NCBI RefSeq assembly: GCF_018977255.1
Contig: NW_024704742.1
Location: 77,998,001 to 78,062,000, forward strand
Direction of reading: 5' to 3'
Origin: Callorhinchus milii
Lineage: Eukaryota
DNA: 64,000 nt
The notes beneath the pieces are model-generated. The model was not told where the DNA came from, did no database searches, and saw only the letters and a program-made list of their open reading frames with translations. How positions within the stretch are numbered: position 1 is the first letter of the stretch; each line of letters begins with the position of its first letter. This document shows, in pieces, positions 25,567-37,019 of the stretch. Position numbers and translations under genes: made by a program.

Positions 25567-27574
25567 GGAGTGATGTTATCTATTATCTACAGTGCACAAT
25601 TGTGCTTAAGTGGGACTCAAGATCTTTCTCAATCAATTATTTTTATAGCATTTGACTTAATACCAAAGTATACATCAAACAGGTCGCTTTCTCATTTAAA
25701 ATGTATACATCAGTGTAAGACTAACTATTTCTGTTGAGAGCAACCTCATCCTGCACAGGAACAGACTGGTATCATGCAAAACAAAGGTGCTACTTATGAA
25801 ATTTGATAACAAGCTAATAAAAACTGAAAGCAACACTGAAGTTTTGCAATCACCGAAAAAGGTTTTGAAATGGATTGAAGGTTACTTGTGAAGTAGAAGT
25901 ATACTGAGCAGATGCTCGACAGAGCACTATGGTTCCAGCCTTGATCCAATCAGGGGAATGTCATCAGTGTAGGTTACCTTATGTCTTTTTATATTCTACA
26001 ATTAGCTTTGAATGCTGAAGGTGTGATATGTATAAACCAAGTTTTAAAATGAAGTGATCAATTTCCAAGCCTTAGAAGGTGGTTTAGAAGGCAGTTTCAG
26101 TTTAGAGTCAATGTCGTTGGCTACATTGCCAGTACTATACTGGAGCTAATTTCAAAATACCTGTACCTTTTTTAAAAAAATATCAGTTCAAAGTTTCCTA
26201 TTTGATCATTTAGTTTCCTCCTCCCCCCGCTTTAACCTATTTGATGGTCTTAAAGAGCGCGTCACAGTCGATGTTATTTCAAGAATAAATTAGTAATAAT
26301 TTAATCAATCAAAGAGGCAATATTTGATTAGCCTTATTGACTTCAGCTTCAAATCGATCAGAAACAACAATAGATACAGAACTGCCCCATTAGAATATGC
26401 CCATTAGAGAACAGGTCTACTGCGGTACATCAGACTTCCACAACTGATGAGCCACCCGGACTCACTAAAAATTGTCTGACTTCCAAATCATCAAGTCACC
26501 ACCAACTTCCAACATGCTATGCACAGGAAGAATAGCCAATATCACTTCCTAACACTGTCACTTCCTAACTCTGCAATAGTTAAATGCACACAAAAAGATT
26601 TGAAGTACTTACCACAGAAAAAAAGTATCCAGCTGGTTCCACCTACTCCTTCCAATAGACTGTTTACAACTTGTACTCCCATAGTCTTAATTAACATCAC
26701 TCCAGAGGCAAACGAACACAAGAAAGAATTCTGAGAATAGAGACAGCAAAATTTGTTCCCGGAATTAAATAGGTTAGAGAGTCTAAGTGCAAATCGTACA
26801 GTGCCTACTGGAAAGAGTGGGAGGAAAAGGCTTTATGGACTTTTTGTTCAGTTCTTCAAGCTCTTATCACAAAGATATTTGTTGTTTTCAATGGAACATG
26901 ATGTGCCAGTCAAATCAATGACGTACTTGTGCATGTGCACGATAACATACCATAATTGTCATTCTGGCTGGCTTGATAAGGCATTTCCAGGTTGGAGGGT
27001 TAAACTTGCATCATGCAATAAAATGTAACAATATACACCAGTCCGAAGGGGGGTGGATGGGGGCCATAGAAGTAGATGCTGAATTATAACAGGTCCGTGA
27101 AGAATATTGGTGGCCGAACACACTTCTCGGTCGTCAGATCACAGCTGGCATCACGTAAAGGAAGAAAGCTCCAGAGGCAAGTTACAACAGGGTCGGGCTC
27201 CTGTATGTTTGTGGAAATCTTTCATGGGTTTGCAGCACATTGGGAACATCTTAGTCATCAAATAATTTTGTTCCATTAATTTTTGCTTTTTAAAATATTG
27301 CAACTAATTGCTTTAATCTACTTGTTGTGTCTGTGTCAGATTAAAACATACAAGCAAATGATTGAAAGTTATCCAAATGTCTTAGAAAGGTCACTGTGTG
27401 AACCTTTTAGCATTCCAAACCCACCATCAGTATTGATACCTTAGGTTTACTTCAAATATATGGAGCTTTAAAAAGCATACGTTAGCGTCCATTCTTTTCA
27501 GTCATAAACTTTAATCACTTGCACCAACCCAGCAGCTCACGTTCAGGTTCCCCTGACTGCCCAATGTGGTTTCA

Positions 27575-27985
27575 GCCTGGCCTTAACATTGTCACCTCTG
27601 AGTCAGAAGATTGTAGGTTCAAACTGCACTTCGGGACTCTGATTTCATAGTCTAGGATTAAACTGCGATGCAGTGCTGGAGAGCATTGTGTTATTGGGGT
27701 GCCATCCTTTGGATGAAATATTAAAACTAGGTCTTGTCTGCCTCTTCAGATGGATATTAAAGATCCCATGGCTTTATTCTTGAAGAGAAGGGTTTCTTCC
27801 AGTATTGTGGTCAATAGTCCCCAGATAAAATTAGTCATTCACTTATTCTCTGATGTGTGCAAATTGGGTGCTGTATTCACCTTCAAATTGAGGGCACTAC
27901 ACTGTACAGTAAATCTTGTGAAGCTCTGAGATGTCTCAATTATATAAATCATTAAATAAAATGTAAGTATTATTATTAATAATAA
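27575..27985 (+). mobile_element. Long Deu-like SINE, near full length, old
   Basis: Head cacctctgagtcagaagattgtaggttcaaac, body taaagatcccatggc, tail aagtattattatta. Confidence 0.75.
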
Positions 27986-29764
27986 ATATCCACATACCCA
28001 GCACTTTTAATCACAATCATATCTGTGCAACAAAACTCACTTTCAATCATCTTCAATCTCCAGAAACAAAACAATTTGATATTCAACATTAGAAATTCTT
28101 AAAGCAAAAATATAAAATTTACAATAAACTAAAATAATTTCAATGATGCTGTGGTATAGTTTACAAGTTTACCAATAACAAATATTTGAGTGTTAAAACA
28201 GTTTGCTTCAAAGCTCAAGTTTGTCTTGGATACATGCATTACAAGAATTAAAAATGTACATTTAATAAGCAAATTTTCTTTGAAAAAAATCTAAATTCCT
28301 TATGAAATCCTCGATTACACAAGAACATGTTTCTATATAATTGAATGTAGCAAAGTGATCCCAAGTTCATCTTTTAGAGCAATACAGAAACCACACACTT
28401 CTGAAGAAGCTAAAATTCTCATTGTATTAACAGGTGTTTATTTCAGATTTTTATTCCATAATCTGTTGTTCTGTAGCTAGGAAGGATCAAATTAGATTTA
28501 AATGCTTCCTTCAAAACAATAACAACACTGCAAGATTTTATAGTAAAGTAAACTGAAAATGAGTTATTATTGGCAGTAAAATCACTCATATTATAGTTTT
28601 CTACAGTGGTGCCTGCTTTGTACCTTATTCTTTTTGGAAGAATTTCTGATTATATCTTTACATTTTCCATGTCCTGATTTCATTCTTATACAAAAAGAAG
28701 TATTTTTAACGCAATGGATCACTCATTTACTGCACTGCTGCTTGCTGTGTGTGCTGTGTGGTCAAATAATACACTCCAGTCAGTATTATTTTGACAGCTT
28801 TACAAGCTGCAAAACTAGTTTGCAAGATATTTTGCTACGATAATGACACCACTGTCTGCACACGCCTTCATAACAAAACACTTGTGGCCTTGGAAATCTT
28901 CCTTTGTTATAAGGAGGGCCTACTGCACCAACAATTGTAGGATGTTAAATCCTCCTACAGAATCCCACTGTGCCACAGTGTTGTCTCTCTACTTTAACAA
29001 AAAACACAGCACAACCATCTGGTGTTTCACATTCACAAATCCATGCATTTGACCACAATCCTGAATGTCCTTAAACACAGTAGAATCAGGGCATTTCAAA
29101 AAGCACTGCAAATACATACTGCAAATGTGTCATTTGGGATCGGCAAAGGTGGAAAAATTAAGCTACAATGAAAAGTTAATTTGCAGATTTGCAGTTCCAG
29201 GTTCTTTATTCTCAAGATAACCTTCAGCTTATGTCCTCTCATCACTAACTTGCCATTCAGTGGAAATGGGCTCTTTTTATATTGCTCCAACACAAAGGCT
29301 GCTGCTCGTAGCGCAGACATGGAGTCAATACCTCAATTTATACTTCCTGTTCCATATCTCATTGGGCCTGCTGCACTAACAACCATGTAGAGTGTTCTAC
29401 ACACCGAACACCGACATTTAGTGTTTATTTTTAAGCACATCATTAGTAACCTGAAGAACGCTCACTCCCCTGAACGTTCTTGTGTCATCTATTCCCTCCC
29501 CCACCTGCCCACAATCTTTACCATTGGCAAAATTGGCAAGTTGGACAACATCTAAACTATTTCCTCTGCACGATGTTTGCACTCGGTCAACCCCAATTTA
29601 TACTATACTTCTTCGTGTCAAATTGCTGCCACAAAAGTAATGATTTGCGGTGAATCTAACCTCCAATCCTTGACCCCTCGCATTCCCTCACTCTATCCCT
29701 TCATCTCACCCTTTCATGATGTTTTTAAAATCCATCTCAAGACCTATCTCTTCGACTGCACCTC

Positions 29765-30140
29765 TAGTAGGTACTTACTTACTTGCCCGTACCCTCCGTT
29801 CCTCTGGCTCCGGTCTGCTCCACATCCCCCGCCCCAATCGCCCTACCATCGGTGGCCGGGCCTTCAGCCTCTCAGCCCCGAGGCTCTGGAACTCTATCCC
29901 CCAGTGCCTTCGCCGCCTCCTCCCTTTCCTCCTTCAAAGCCGGTCTCAAGACCTTTCTCTTTGACCGAGCCTTCAGCTCCCCTCTCGACTCTCTACCCCC
30001 TCCTCGCTCCCTTCCCTCACCCTGACCATTTCCCCCCAATGCTCGTGTCCTGACCCAACTGTACAGCGCCTTGGGACGTCCCCCCGACGTGAAAGGCGCT
30101 CTATAAATGGAATCTTATTGTTGTTGTCGTTGTTGTTGTA
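29765..30140 (+). mobile_element. Young L2 3' fragment with (TTG)n tail
   Basis: ARTLRSSGSGLLHIPRPNRPTIGGRAFSLSAPRLWNSIP; reverse complement of about 12884-13265. Confidence 0.9.
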
Positions 30141-30656
30141 GTAACCTCTTCCCCCCACCCATACTTGCTGTCCACCCCAGTCATTGTGACCCAGTCCAAT
30201 ACGTTCCCCTACGTGGAGGCTCTATACCAATACGAGTTGTTGTTGAATCATAAATGCAGTACAGTAATACCAGCGGACATCCTTTCTCCAGAAGCTTCCT
30301 CATTTCAACAGCCCCGTCACCCCCCACCAAAAAAAAACCCCCCACTGTCAAATCCTGGAAACCCCCACCCCCACAACCCAAACATTGTAGGACCAAAGGA
30401 CATGTTACTGTGACAAAATACAGAAAGCTTTTATCCTGGGGAGGGGGTGGGGGGGGGGGGGGGGAGTTTAAAGACACCTTTGAGAGTTTTTTTTTAAATG
30501 CACCATTTGAAAGGGGGTTGGTGTTGGGTGGGGGGGGGGTAGGCCTGGCTGGAAAATAAACCACAGTACAAACACACACACAATAAACCTGGAGTGAAGA
30601 GCACACACAAGGGGTACAGACACAGAGGAAGGGAGTTTCCACTTTGAGGGCTGATT

Positions 30657-30706
30657 GCACTCACACTCACTCACTCACACTCACTCACTCACACTCACTC
30701 ACTCAC
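30657..30706 (-). repeat. (GAGT/GTGA)n tetranucleotide repeat directly after a splice donor
   Basis: cactcacactcactcactcacactcactcactcacactcactcactcac on the + strand. Confidence 0.9.
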
Positions 30707-30950
30707 CGAGCTCTGGTGCAGGTGGTGCAGGTGGTGGGGGGGGGGGTGGGGGCTGCTCCTGGGGGGCCGAGGCAGAGGGCTTCAACGCGGGCCGATGTCG
30801 GGCAAAGGCGAGGCTGTGGCTGCGGCTGTCATGCTGCCGGGGCTGTGGGCTGTGGGGCTGCTCCTCCCGGTCTCCCCGTGTGGAGTCTGACAGAGAGTGG
30901 CGGAGTCCCCCCACTCCTCCTCCTCCTCCTCCCCCCCTCCCCGGGACACA
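30707..30950 (-). other. Putative first exon (probably 5'UTR) of an unidentified minus-strand gene; start site uncertain
   Basis: GC- and CpG-rich unique sequence ending in a consensus donor CTCG|GTGAGT at 30707/30706. No ATG-initiated frame reaches the donor. Copy 2 is 14 nt shorter near the donor (9-nt unit plus G-run 11 vs 6). Confidence 0.6.
30782..30832 (-). other. Upstream ORF, 16 aa (MTAAATASPLPDIGPR*)
   Basis: GGCAGCATGA with A at -3; TGA at 30784-30782; the only ATG seen in the putative exon. Confidence 0.45.
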
Positions 30951-31002
30951 CTGTCACACACACACACACACACACAGGTGGTTACATACAAACCCCCGTC
31001 CG

Positions 31003-31128
31003 CTCTCTCTCTCTCTCTCTCACACACTCACTCACTCACTATCTCTCTCTCTCTCTCTCTCTCACACTCTCTCTCTCACACACTCTCTCTCACACACTCT
31101 CTCTCTCTCTCACACACTCTCTCACTCA
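31003..31128 (+). repeat. Compound (CT)n/(CA)n microsatellite, copy 1 (about 125 bp)
   Basis: ctctctctcacacactctct units, read directly; a pure (CA)n lies at 30955-30976. Confidence 0.95.
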
Positions 31129-31326
31129 GGGCTGAGGTTTGCAAATTCCAAGAGACTCAAAAGTGCACTCAGAGAGAGAGCCGTCACCCGGAACCAGTCC
31201 TCCGGAGTGAGCGCCTCACACAGTCCCTGTGGGTGGGAAACAGGACTGAGACAGGACGCCCCGTCCCCGGAGCTCAGCTGTCAATCAAACCGTTGGGGCC
31301 AACCAGCCCTCCCCCCGAGCAAACCA

Positions 31327-32900
31327 CACAGCCCAGCACAGCCCCAGCACAACCCAGCACAGCACAGGGCACCCCCAGCACAGCCCAGCACAGCACAGGG
31401 CACCCCCAGCACAGCCCAGCACAGGGCACCCACAGCCCAGCACAGGGCACCCCCAGCACAGCACAGCCCAGCACAGGGCACCCACAGCCCAGCCCAGCAC
31501 AGCCCCAGCACAACCCAGCACAGGGCACCCCCAGCACAGCACAGCACACCCCCAGCACAGCCCAGCCCCAGCACAGCACAGCACACCCCCAGCACAGCCC
31601 AGCACAGGGCACCCCCAGCACAGCACAGCCCAGCACAGGGCACCCCCAGCACAGCCCCAGCACAGGGCACCCCCAGCACACCCTCAGCACAGCACAGCCC
31701 CAGCACAGCACAGCCCAGCACAGGGCACCCCCAGCACAGGGCACCCCCAGCACAGGGCACCCCCAGCACAGCACAGCCCAGCACAGGGCACCCCCAGCAC
31801 AGCCCAGCACAGCACAGGGCACCCCCAGCACAGCACAGGCCACCCCCAGCACAGCCCAGCACAGGGCACCCCCAGCACAGCACAGGGCACCCCAGCACAG
31901 CACAGCCTAGCCCAGCACAGGGCACCCCCAGCACAGGACACCCCCAGCACAGCACAGGGCACCCCCAGCACAGCACAGCCTAGCCCAGCACAGCACAGGG
32001 CACCCCCAGCACAGCACAGGCCACCCCAGCACAGCACAGGGCACCCCCAGCACAGGGCACCCCAGCACAGCCCAGCACACCCCAGCACAGCCCAGCACAG
32101 GGCACCCCCAGCACAGCACAGGGCACCCCCAGCACAGCCCAGCACAGGGCACCCCCAGCACAGCACAGGGCACCCCCAGCACAGCACAGCCCAGCACAGG
32201 GCACCCCCAGCACAGCCCAGCACAGCACAGGGCACCCCCAGCACAGCACAGGCCACCCCCAGCACAGCCCAGCACAGGGCACCCCCAGCACAGCACAGGG
32301 CACCCCCAGCACAGCACAGCCTAGCCCAGCACAGGGCACCCCCAGCACAGGACACCCCCAGCACAGCACAGGGCACCCCCAGCACAGCACAGCCTAGCCC
32401 AGCACAGCACAGGGCACCCCAGCACAGCACAGGCCACCCCCAGCACAGCACAGGGCACCCCCAGCACAGGGCACCCCCAGCACAGCCCAGCACAGGGCAC
32501 CCCCAGCACAGCCCAGCACAGCCCAGCACAGGGCACCCCCAGCACAGCACAGGGCACCCCCAGCACAGCCCAGCACAGGGCACCCCCAGCACAGCACAGG
32601 GCACCCCCAGCACAGCCCAGCACAGGGCACCCCCAGCACAGCACAGGGCACCCCCAGCCCAGCACAGGGCACCCCCAGCACAGCCCAGCACACACAGGGC
32701 ACCCCCAGCACAGCCCAGCACAGCACAGGGCACCCACAGCCCAGCACAGCCCAGCACAGGGCACCCCCAGCACAGCCCAGCACACACAGGGCACCCACAG
32801 CCCAGCACAGCACAGCCCAGCACAGGGCACCCCCAGCACAGCACAGCACAGCACAGGGCACCCCCAGCACAGCACAGCACAGCACAGGGCACCCCCAGCC
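31327..32900 (+). repeat. GC-rich pentamer-based minisatellite, copy 1 (about 1.57 kb)
   Basis: Mixtures of CAGCA, CAGCC, CAGGG and CACCCC; common units are CAGCACAGGGCACCCC and CAGCACAGCACAGGGCACCCC. Confidence 0.97.
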
Positions 32901-33104
32901 TCTCTGGTCTGATTGTCTGCTCAGACTATTTTTTGTCTTAAAACGTAAGATTAGTGGATTGTGGTGATTTCCTGGATGCTGTCTCGTTTTGCGAGACCGT
33001 TTATTTTCTTCTTCACGGAAGGATCCCCCCCACCCCCGGACAGCTGGCTTTCAAAGGAAGACCGAAGTTGAGAATTCATCGCCGGAAATATTAACGCCGG
33101 CGTT

Positions 33105-33438
33105 TGATGTCGCGGGTTATCACGCTGTCGAGACGTGTCAAAGCGCTACACAGAATATGCTGTAAAGCGGATTGACTGTATTTTGTAGGCGAAACGCAGC
33201 AGCCAATTGTGCACAGCAGTTTTCGCACAAACTGTCTTGGATTGAGTTACTGATTTTTTTTAATTACCCCCGGAAAGCAATCCACCAATCGACTAACAAC
33301 TGGGTTCCTACTTACTGCTTGGTAAACAGGCGTGTGGAGTAAGGAAACTTGCCTAATGTTTCGCCCCACCCTGGAATCAAACCCAAGTCCTCTCACTTCG
33401 AAGGCGAGTGCTCTAACCAATACACTTCAGAACTCCAC
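33105..33438 (-). mobile_element. SINE, intermediate-length subfamily, with tRNA-like head
   Basis: Collinear with 9231-9545; head ggaatcaaacccaag...ggcgagtgctctaacca. Confidence 0.8.
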
Positions 33439-33751
33439 AATTATGTAATTAAAGGCAATAATAATAGTCCTTGTGTTTGATATAATACCCGACATGTCGG
33501 GAAAACGTCTCAGTTATGTAAAGTGTAGTGACTATTTTTGTAAGCAAAAGGCCAATTTGCAAACAGAAATGTCGGGCTTAAACCCACAATCTTCTAACTC
33601 AGAGGTGAAGTGTTATGAACTGAGCTAAGCTGCACAATATCACTCAGTACACAAGCATTTATGCGTAGGTTAACACAACTCACAGATAACCTTACACATG
33701 TAACTAAACCTTTCCTCTCTAGACATTAATGATATTTGGATTTGATATTCA

Positions 33752-34530
33752 ACCACAACAAAACAAATTCCATTTATATAGTGCCTTTCACGTCGGGAGG
33801 ATGTCCCAAGGCGCTGGACAGTCAGACTTTGTGTTTCGGACTTGAGCTGGGATCCGGATCGGTAAGGGTTGAGGGCAGGGGGGGGAAGATGGGTGATCGA
33901 ACGCACGGTCGAAGAGGAGGGTCTTGAGACAGATTTTGAAGGAGGCAAGGGAGGAGGTGAGGCGAAGGGAATGTGCGAAGGAGTTCCAGAGAGTGGAGGC
34001 AGAGAGGTTGAAGGTCCGCCCACCAATGGTGGGGCGGTCGAGGCGGGGGAGGTGAAGCAGGCTGGAGCCCACTGAGCGGAGGGAGCGAGCAGGATGGTAG
34101 GGGGTTAGGCGGTCACAGAAGCAGTGGGGAGGAAGGCCATGAAGGGCTTTACAGGTGAGGACCAGGATCTTGAACTGTATCCTCTGTGTGATGGGAAGCC
34201 ATTGGAGTCGGGCGAGGATGGAGGCAATAGTGTCATGGAGCCTAGTGCGGGAGAGGACAAGGGCTGCAGAGTTCTGGATGATCTGCACCCTGTGGAGGGA
34301 GGAGTTGGAGAGGGCGACAAGCAGTGAGTTTGCATAGTCGAGCCTGGATGTTATGAAAGCATGGGTGTTGGGTGGCAGCCAGGTGATGTTGCGGAGGTGG
34401 GGGAAGGCAGAGCGGGTCATGGCACGGATGTGGGGGATGAAGGATAGTTGAGGGTCAAACAAGATGCCAAGGTTCCGGACTGGATCAGTGAGTTGCAGTG
34501 TGCAACCATGGATGGTGATGCTGTCTCCAA
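33752..34530 (-). mobile_element. L2 3' fragment
   Basis: VRNLGILFDPQLSFIPHI..SRLDYANSLL..QWLPITQRIQFKIL..LKTLLFDRAF; L2 tail. Confidence 0.92.
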
Positions 34531-35009
34531 GACATCTCTGAGACATCTCATATAAGTGAGAAGAATAGGAAGGATGGGGGTTTGCGCAGTGATAAACACT
34601 GGCACAGGCTGAATGGCATGTTTCTATGCTGTAGCACTCAAGGTCAGAGTGGTCCTACTGATGGCCCACAGGCTGCATCAGGCCTGGGGGATGATTTAAT
34701 CCAGCCTTCGAACTATTTCTGAGTTTATTGATTTACCTTCCAGCTGTGCCTCTCTTCCAGTCAGTCTCCGTGAGGGAAATGATGAGAAGAGGGATGGAGC
34801 GGGAAGTTTGACTTGTACCTCTCACTCTGCCCCTCATCTCGCCACTCTTTGTGCTGCCTCGTGCCTCGTAAAACCTGGTGAAAAACAGTGGTGAGTGATG
34901 GGAAGAGAGGCAGAGCGGGAGTATTTTAAAAAGGTATTGTTGCATATTTTGCAATTTTGAAACTACAGAACTATTTGGACTTCCTCGAATCTAAAACCAA
35001 GGGGATACA

Positions 35010-37019
35010 TTCAGCCACCTCAGCCCCATCCACAGCCACCCTCACATCACCTCTCCCTCATGACCCACCCCCCAGCTATCCCACCCCTATACTCCTTCGA
35101 CCTTATCTCTCCCTCCTCCCTCACTGCGAGTGACCGCAAACTCAAACCCACCATCTGCTCCCTCGATCCCATCCCCATCTCTCTCCTTGGGCAAGTTTCC
35201 TTACTCCACACGCCTAATAATAATCCCTCCAAAAACCCAAAACAATAATAAATTGGTCATATTCAATCTATGACTGTTTGTGGGACATTGCTGTGCGCAA
35301 TTGGCTGCCGCACTTGCCCACAAATATACAGTCAATTCACTTTACAGTGTGTTCTGTGAAGCGCTTTGGGACATCCTCCCGACGTGAAAAGCGCTATATT
35401 AAATGCAAGGATTATTATTATTATTATTATTGTCTCCAGCTCCACCTTCTGGCCCCTCTCCTGTCCGATGTCATCAATCTCTCCCTATCCACCGGTTCAG
35501 TTCCCATCCCCCTAAAAACAGCTGTCATCACCCCCATCCTGAAAAAACCTTCCCTGGATCCATCCCTTCTCCAGCTACCACCCCATCTCTAACCTCCCAT
35601 TCCTCTCCAAGGCCTGGAACGAGTCGTCGCGTCCCAGTTCCACTCCTTTCTTACTCGCCATTCCCTCTTTGAACCCCTCCAATCCGGCTTCTGTGCTGCC
35701 CACAGCACGGAAACAGCCCTGGTCAAAGTCACTAATCACATTCTAAACATCTGTGATCAGGGCTCCCTCTGCCTCCTTGTCCTCCTCGACCTCTCTGCCG
35801 CCTTCAACACTGTCGACCACTCCATCCTCATAAGCCGCCTCTCCGCTTTACTCAATCTTCGCGGACCTGCCCTTGCCTGGTTCGATTCCTATCTCTCTCA
35901 CCGTCTCCACTTTGTTGCCTCTAACGGTTTCTCCTCCAGCCCCCGCACTGTTACGTCTGGCCTCCCCCAGTGCTCTGTCCTTGGCCCTCTCCTCTTTAAT
36001 ATCTATATGCTCCCCCTTGGTGACATCATCCGCAGACATGGGGTCAACTTCCACATGTATGCAGATGACACCCAACTCTATCTTTCTGCCTCCACCCTCA
36101 ACTCCAGGACCACTGCTGTCCTGACAGACTGTCTGTCGGACATCAAGTCCTGGATGAGGGCAAATTTCCTACGTTTGAATGTGAACAAGACTGAGGCCCT
36201 CCTGATTGGCTCACACCAGCGCCTCAGCACCTCAGGCTCTGGCAACATCAACCTCCATGGTTGCACACTACAACTCACCAAGACAGTCAGGAACCTAGGG
36301 GTCTTGTTCGACCCTCAACTGTCTTCCCCACATCCAAGCCATGACCCACTCTGCCTTCCCTCACCTCCGTAACAGCGCCCGACTCCGCCACTACCTCACC
36401 CCTCAGGCCACTGAAACTCTTGTTCATGCCTTCATCACCTCCAGGCTCGACTCTGCAAACTCCCTGCTTGTCAGCCTTCCCAACTCCTCCCTCCACAGGC
36501 TGCAGATAATCCAGAACTCTGCAGCCCGTGTCCTCTCCCGCACCAAACTCCGTGACCCCATCTCCCCCACTCTCGCCCGACTCCACTGGCTCCCTATCCT
36601 TCAGAGGATCCAGTTCCAGATCCTGGTTCTCACATACAAATCCCTCCATGGCCTCGCACTACCCTACCTCTACCACCTCCTAACCCCCTACCAACCCGCC
36701 CGTTCCCTTCCGCTCAGCCGGCTGTGGTCTGCTCCATGTCCCCCGACCCACCCGCCCCATCATTGGCGGGAGAGCCTTCAGCCACTCTGCCCCAACTTCT
36801 GGAATTCCATCCCCCAGTCACTCCGCCTCGCCCCCTCCTTAGCTTCCTTCAAGTCCCGCCTCAAGACCCCCCTCTTCGACCATGCCATCGGCCACCCCCC
36901 TTCCCCTCCCCTCCCTTCCTCAACCCAACCCCACCCCGGACCTGAAATACTGTACACTGTCCAGTGCCTTGGGACGTCCTCCCGACGTGAAAGGTGCTAT
37001 ACAAATGTAATCTTGTTGT
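35010..37019 (+). mobile_element. L2 LINE, 5'-truncated, frameshifted RT relic, interrupted by a SINE
   Basis: LKTAVITPILKKPSLD, MLPLGDIIRRHGVNFHMYADDTQLY, WMRANFLRLNVNKTEALLIG; L2 tail. Confidence 0.93.
35185..35431 (+). mobile_element. 5'-truncated short SINE inserted in L2
   Basis: ccttgggcaagtttccttactccacacgcc...aaatgcaagg(att)n; L2 coding sequence resumes as LQLHLLAPLL. Confidence 0.9.

Larger units (their letters stand above)
30700..31325. promoter_or_regulatory. CpG-island-like promoter region
   Basis: High density of CG dinucleotides in unique sequence at 30707-30945 and 31180-31320 against a CpG-poor background. Further CpG-rich sequence with GCCGGAAAT (ETS-like, 33081) lies beyond the minisatellite. 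Confidence 0.55.

Noticed and set aside
30655..32892. Long ORFs of 200-440 aa rich in S/L/H/T, P/A/Q or C/A/G/W (also 54573-57032)
   Set aside because: They are translations of the CT/CA microsatellite and the pentamer minisatellite, open in several frames on both strands because the repeats lack stop codons, and they differ in length and frame between the copies.
31327..32900. Possible CRISPR-like array or immunoglobulin locus
   Set aside because: No unique spacers, eukaryotic context, and no V/J/C exons or recombination signal sequences recognised nearby.
33788..34546. 252-291 aa ORF (also 57821-58696 and 36341-37153) as a functional or domesticated gene
   Set aside because: It is the C-terminal part of L2 ORF2 lacking the catalytic core, with an internal deletion, and it ends in a normal L2 tail. 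No evidence of selection.
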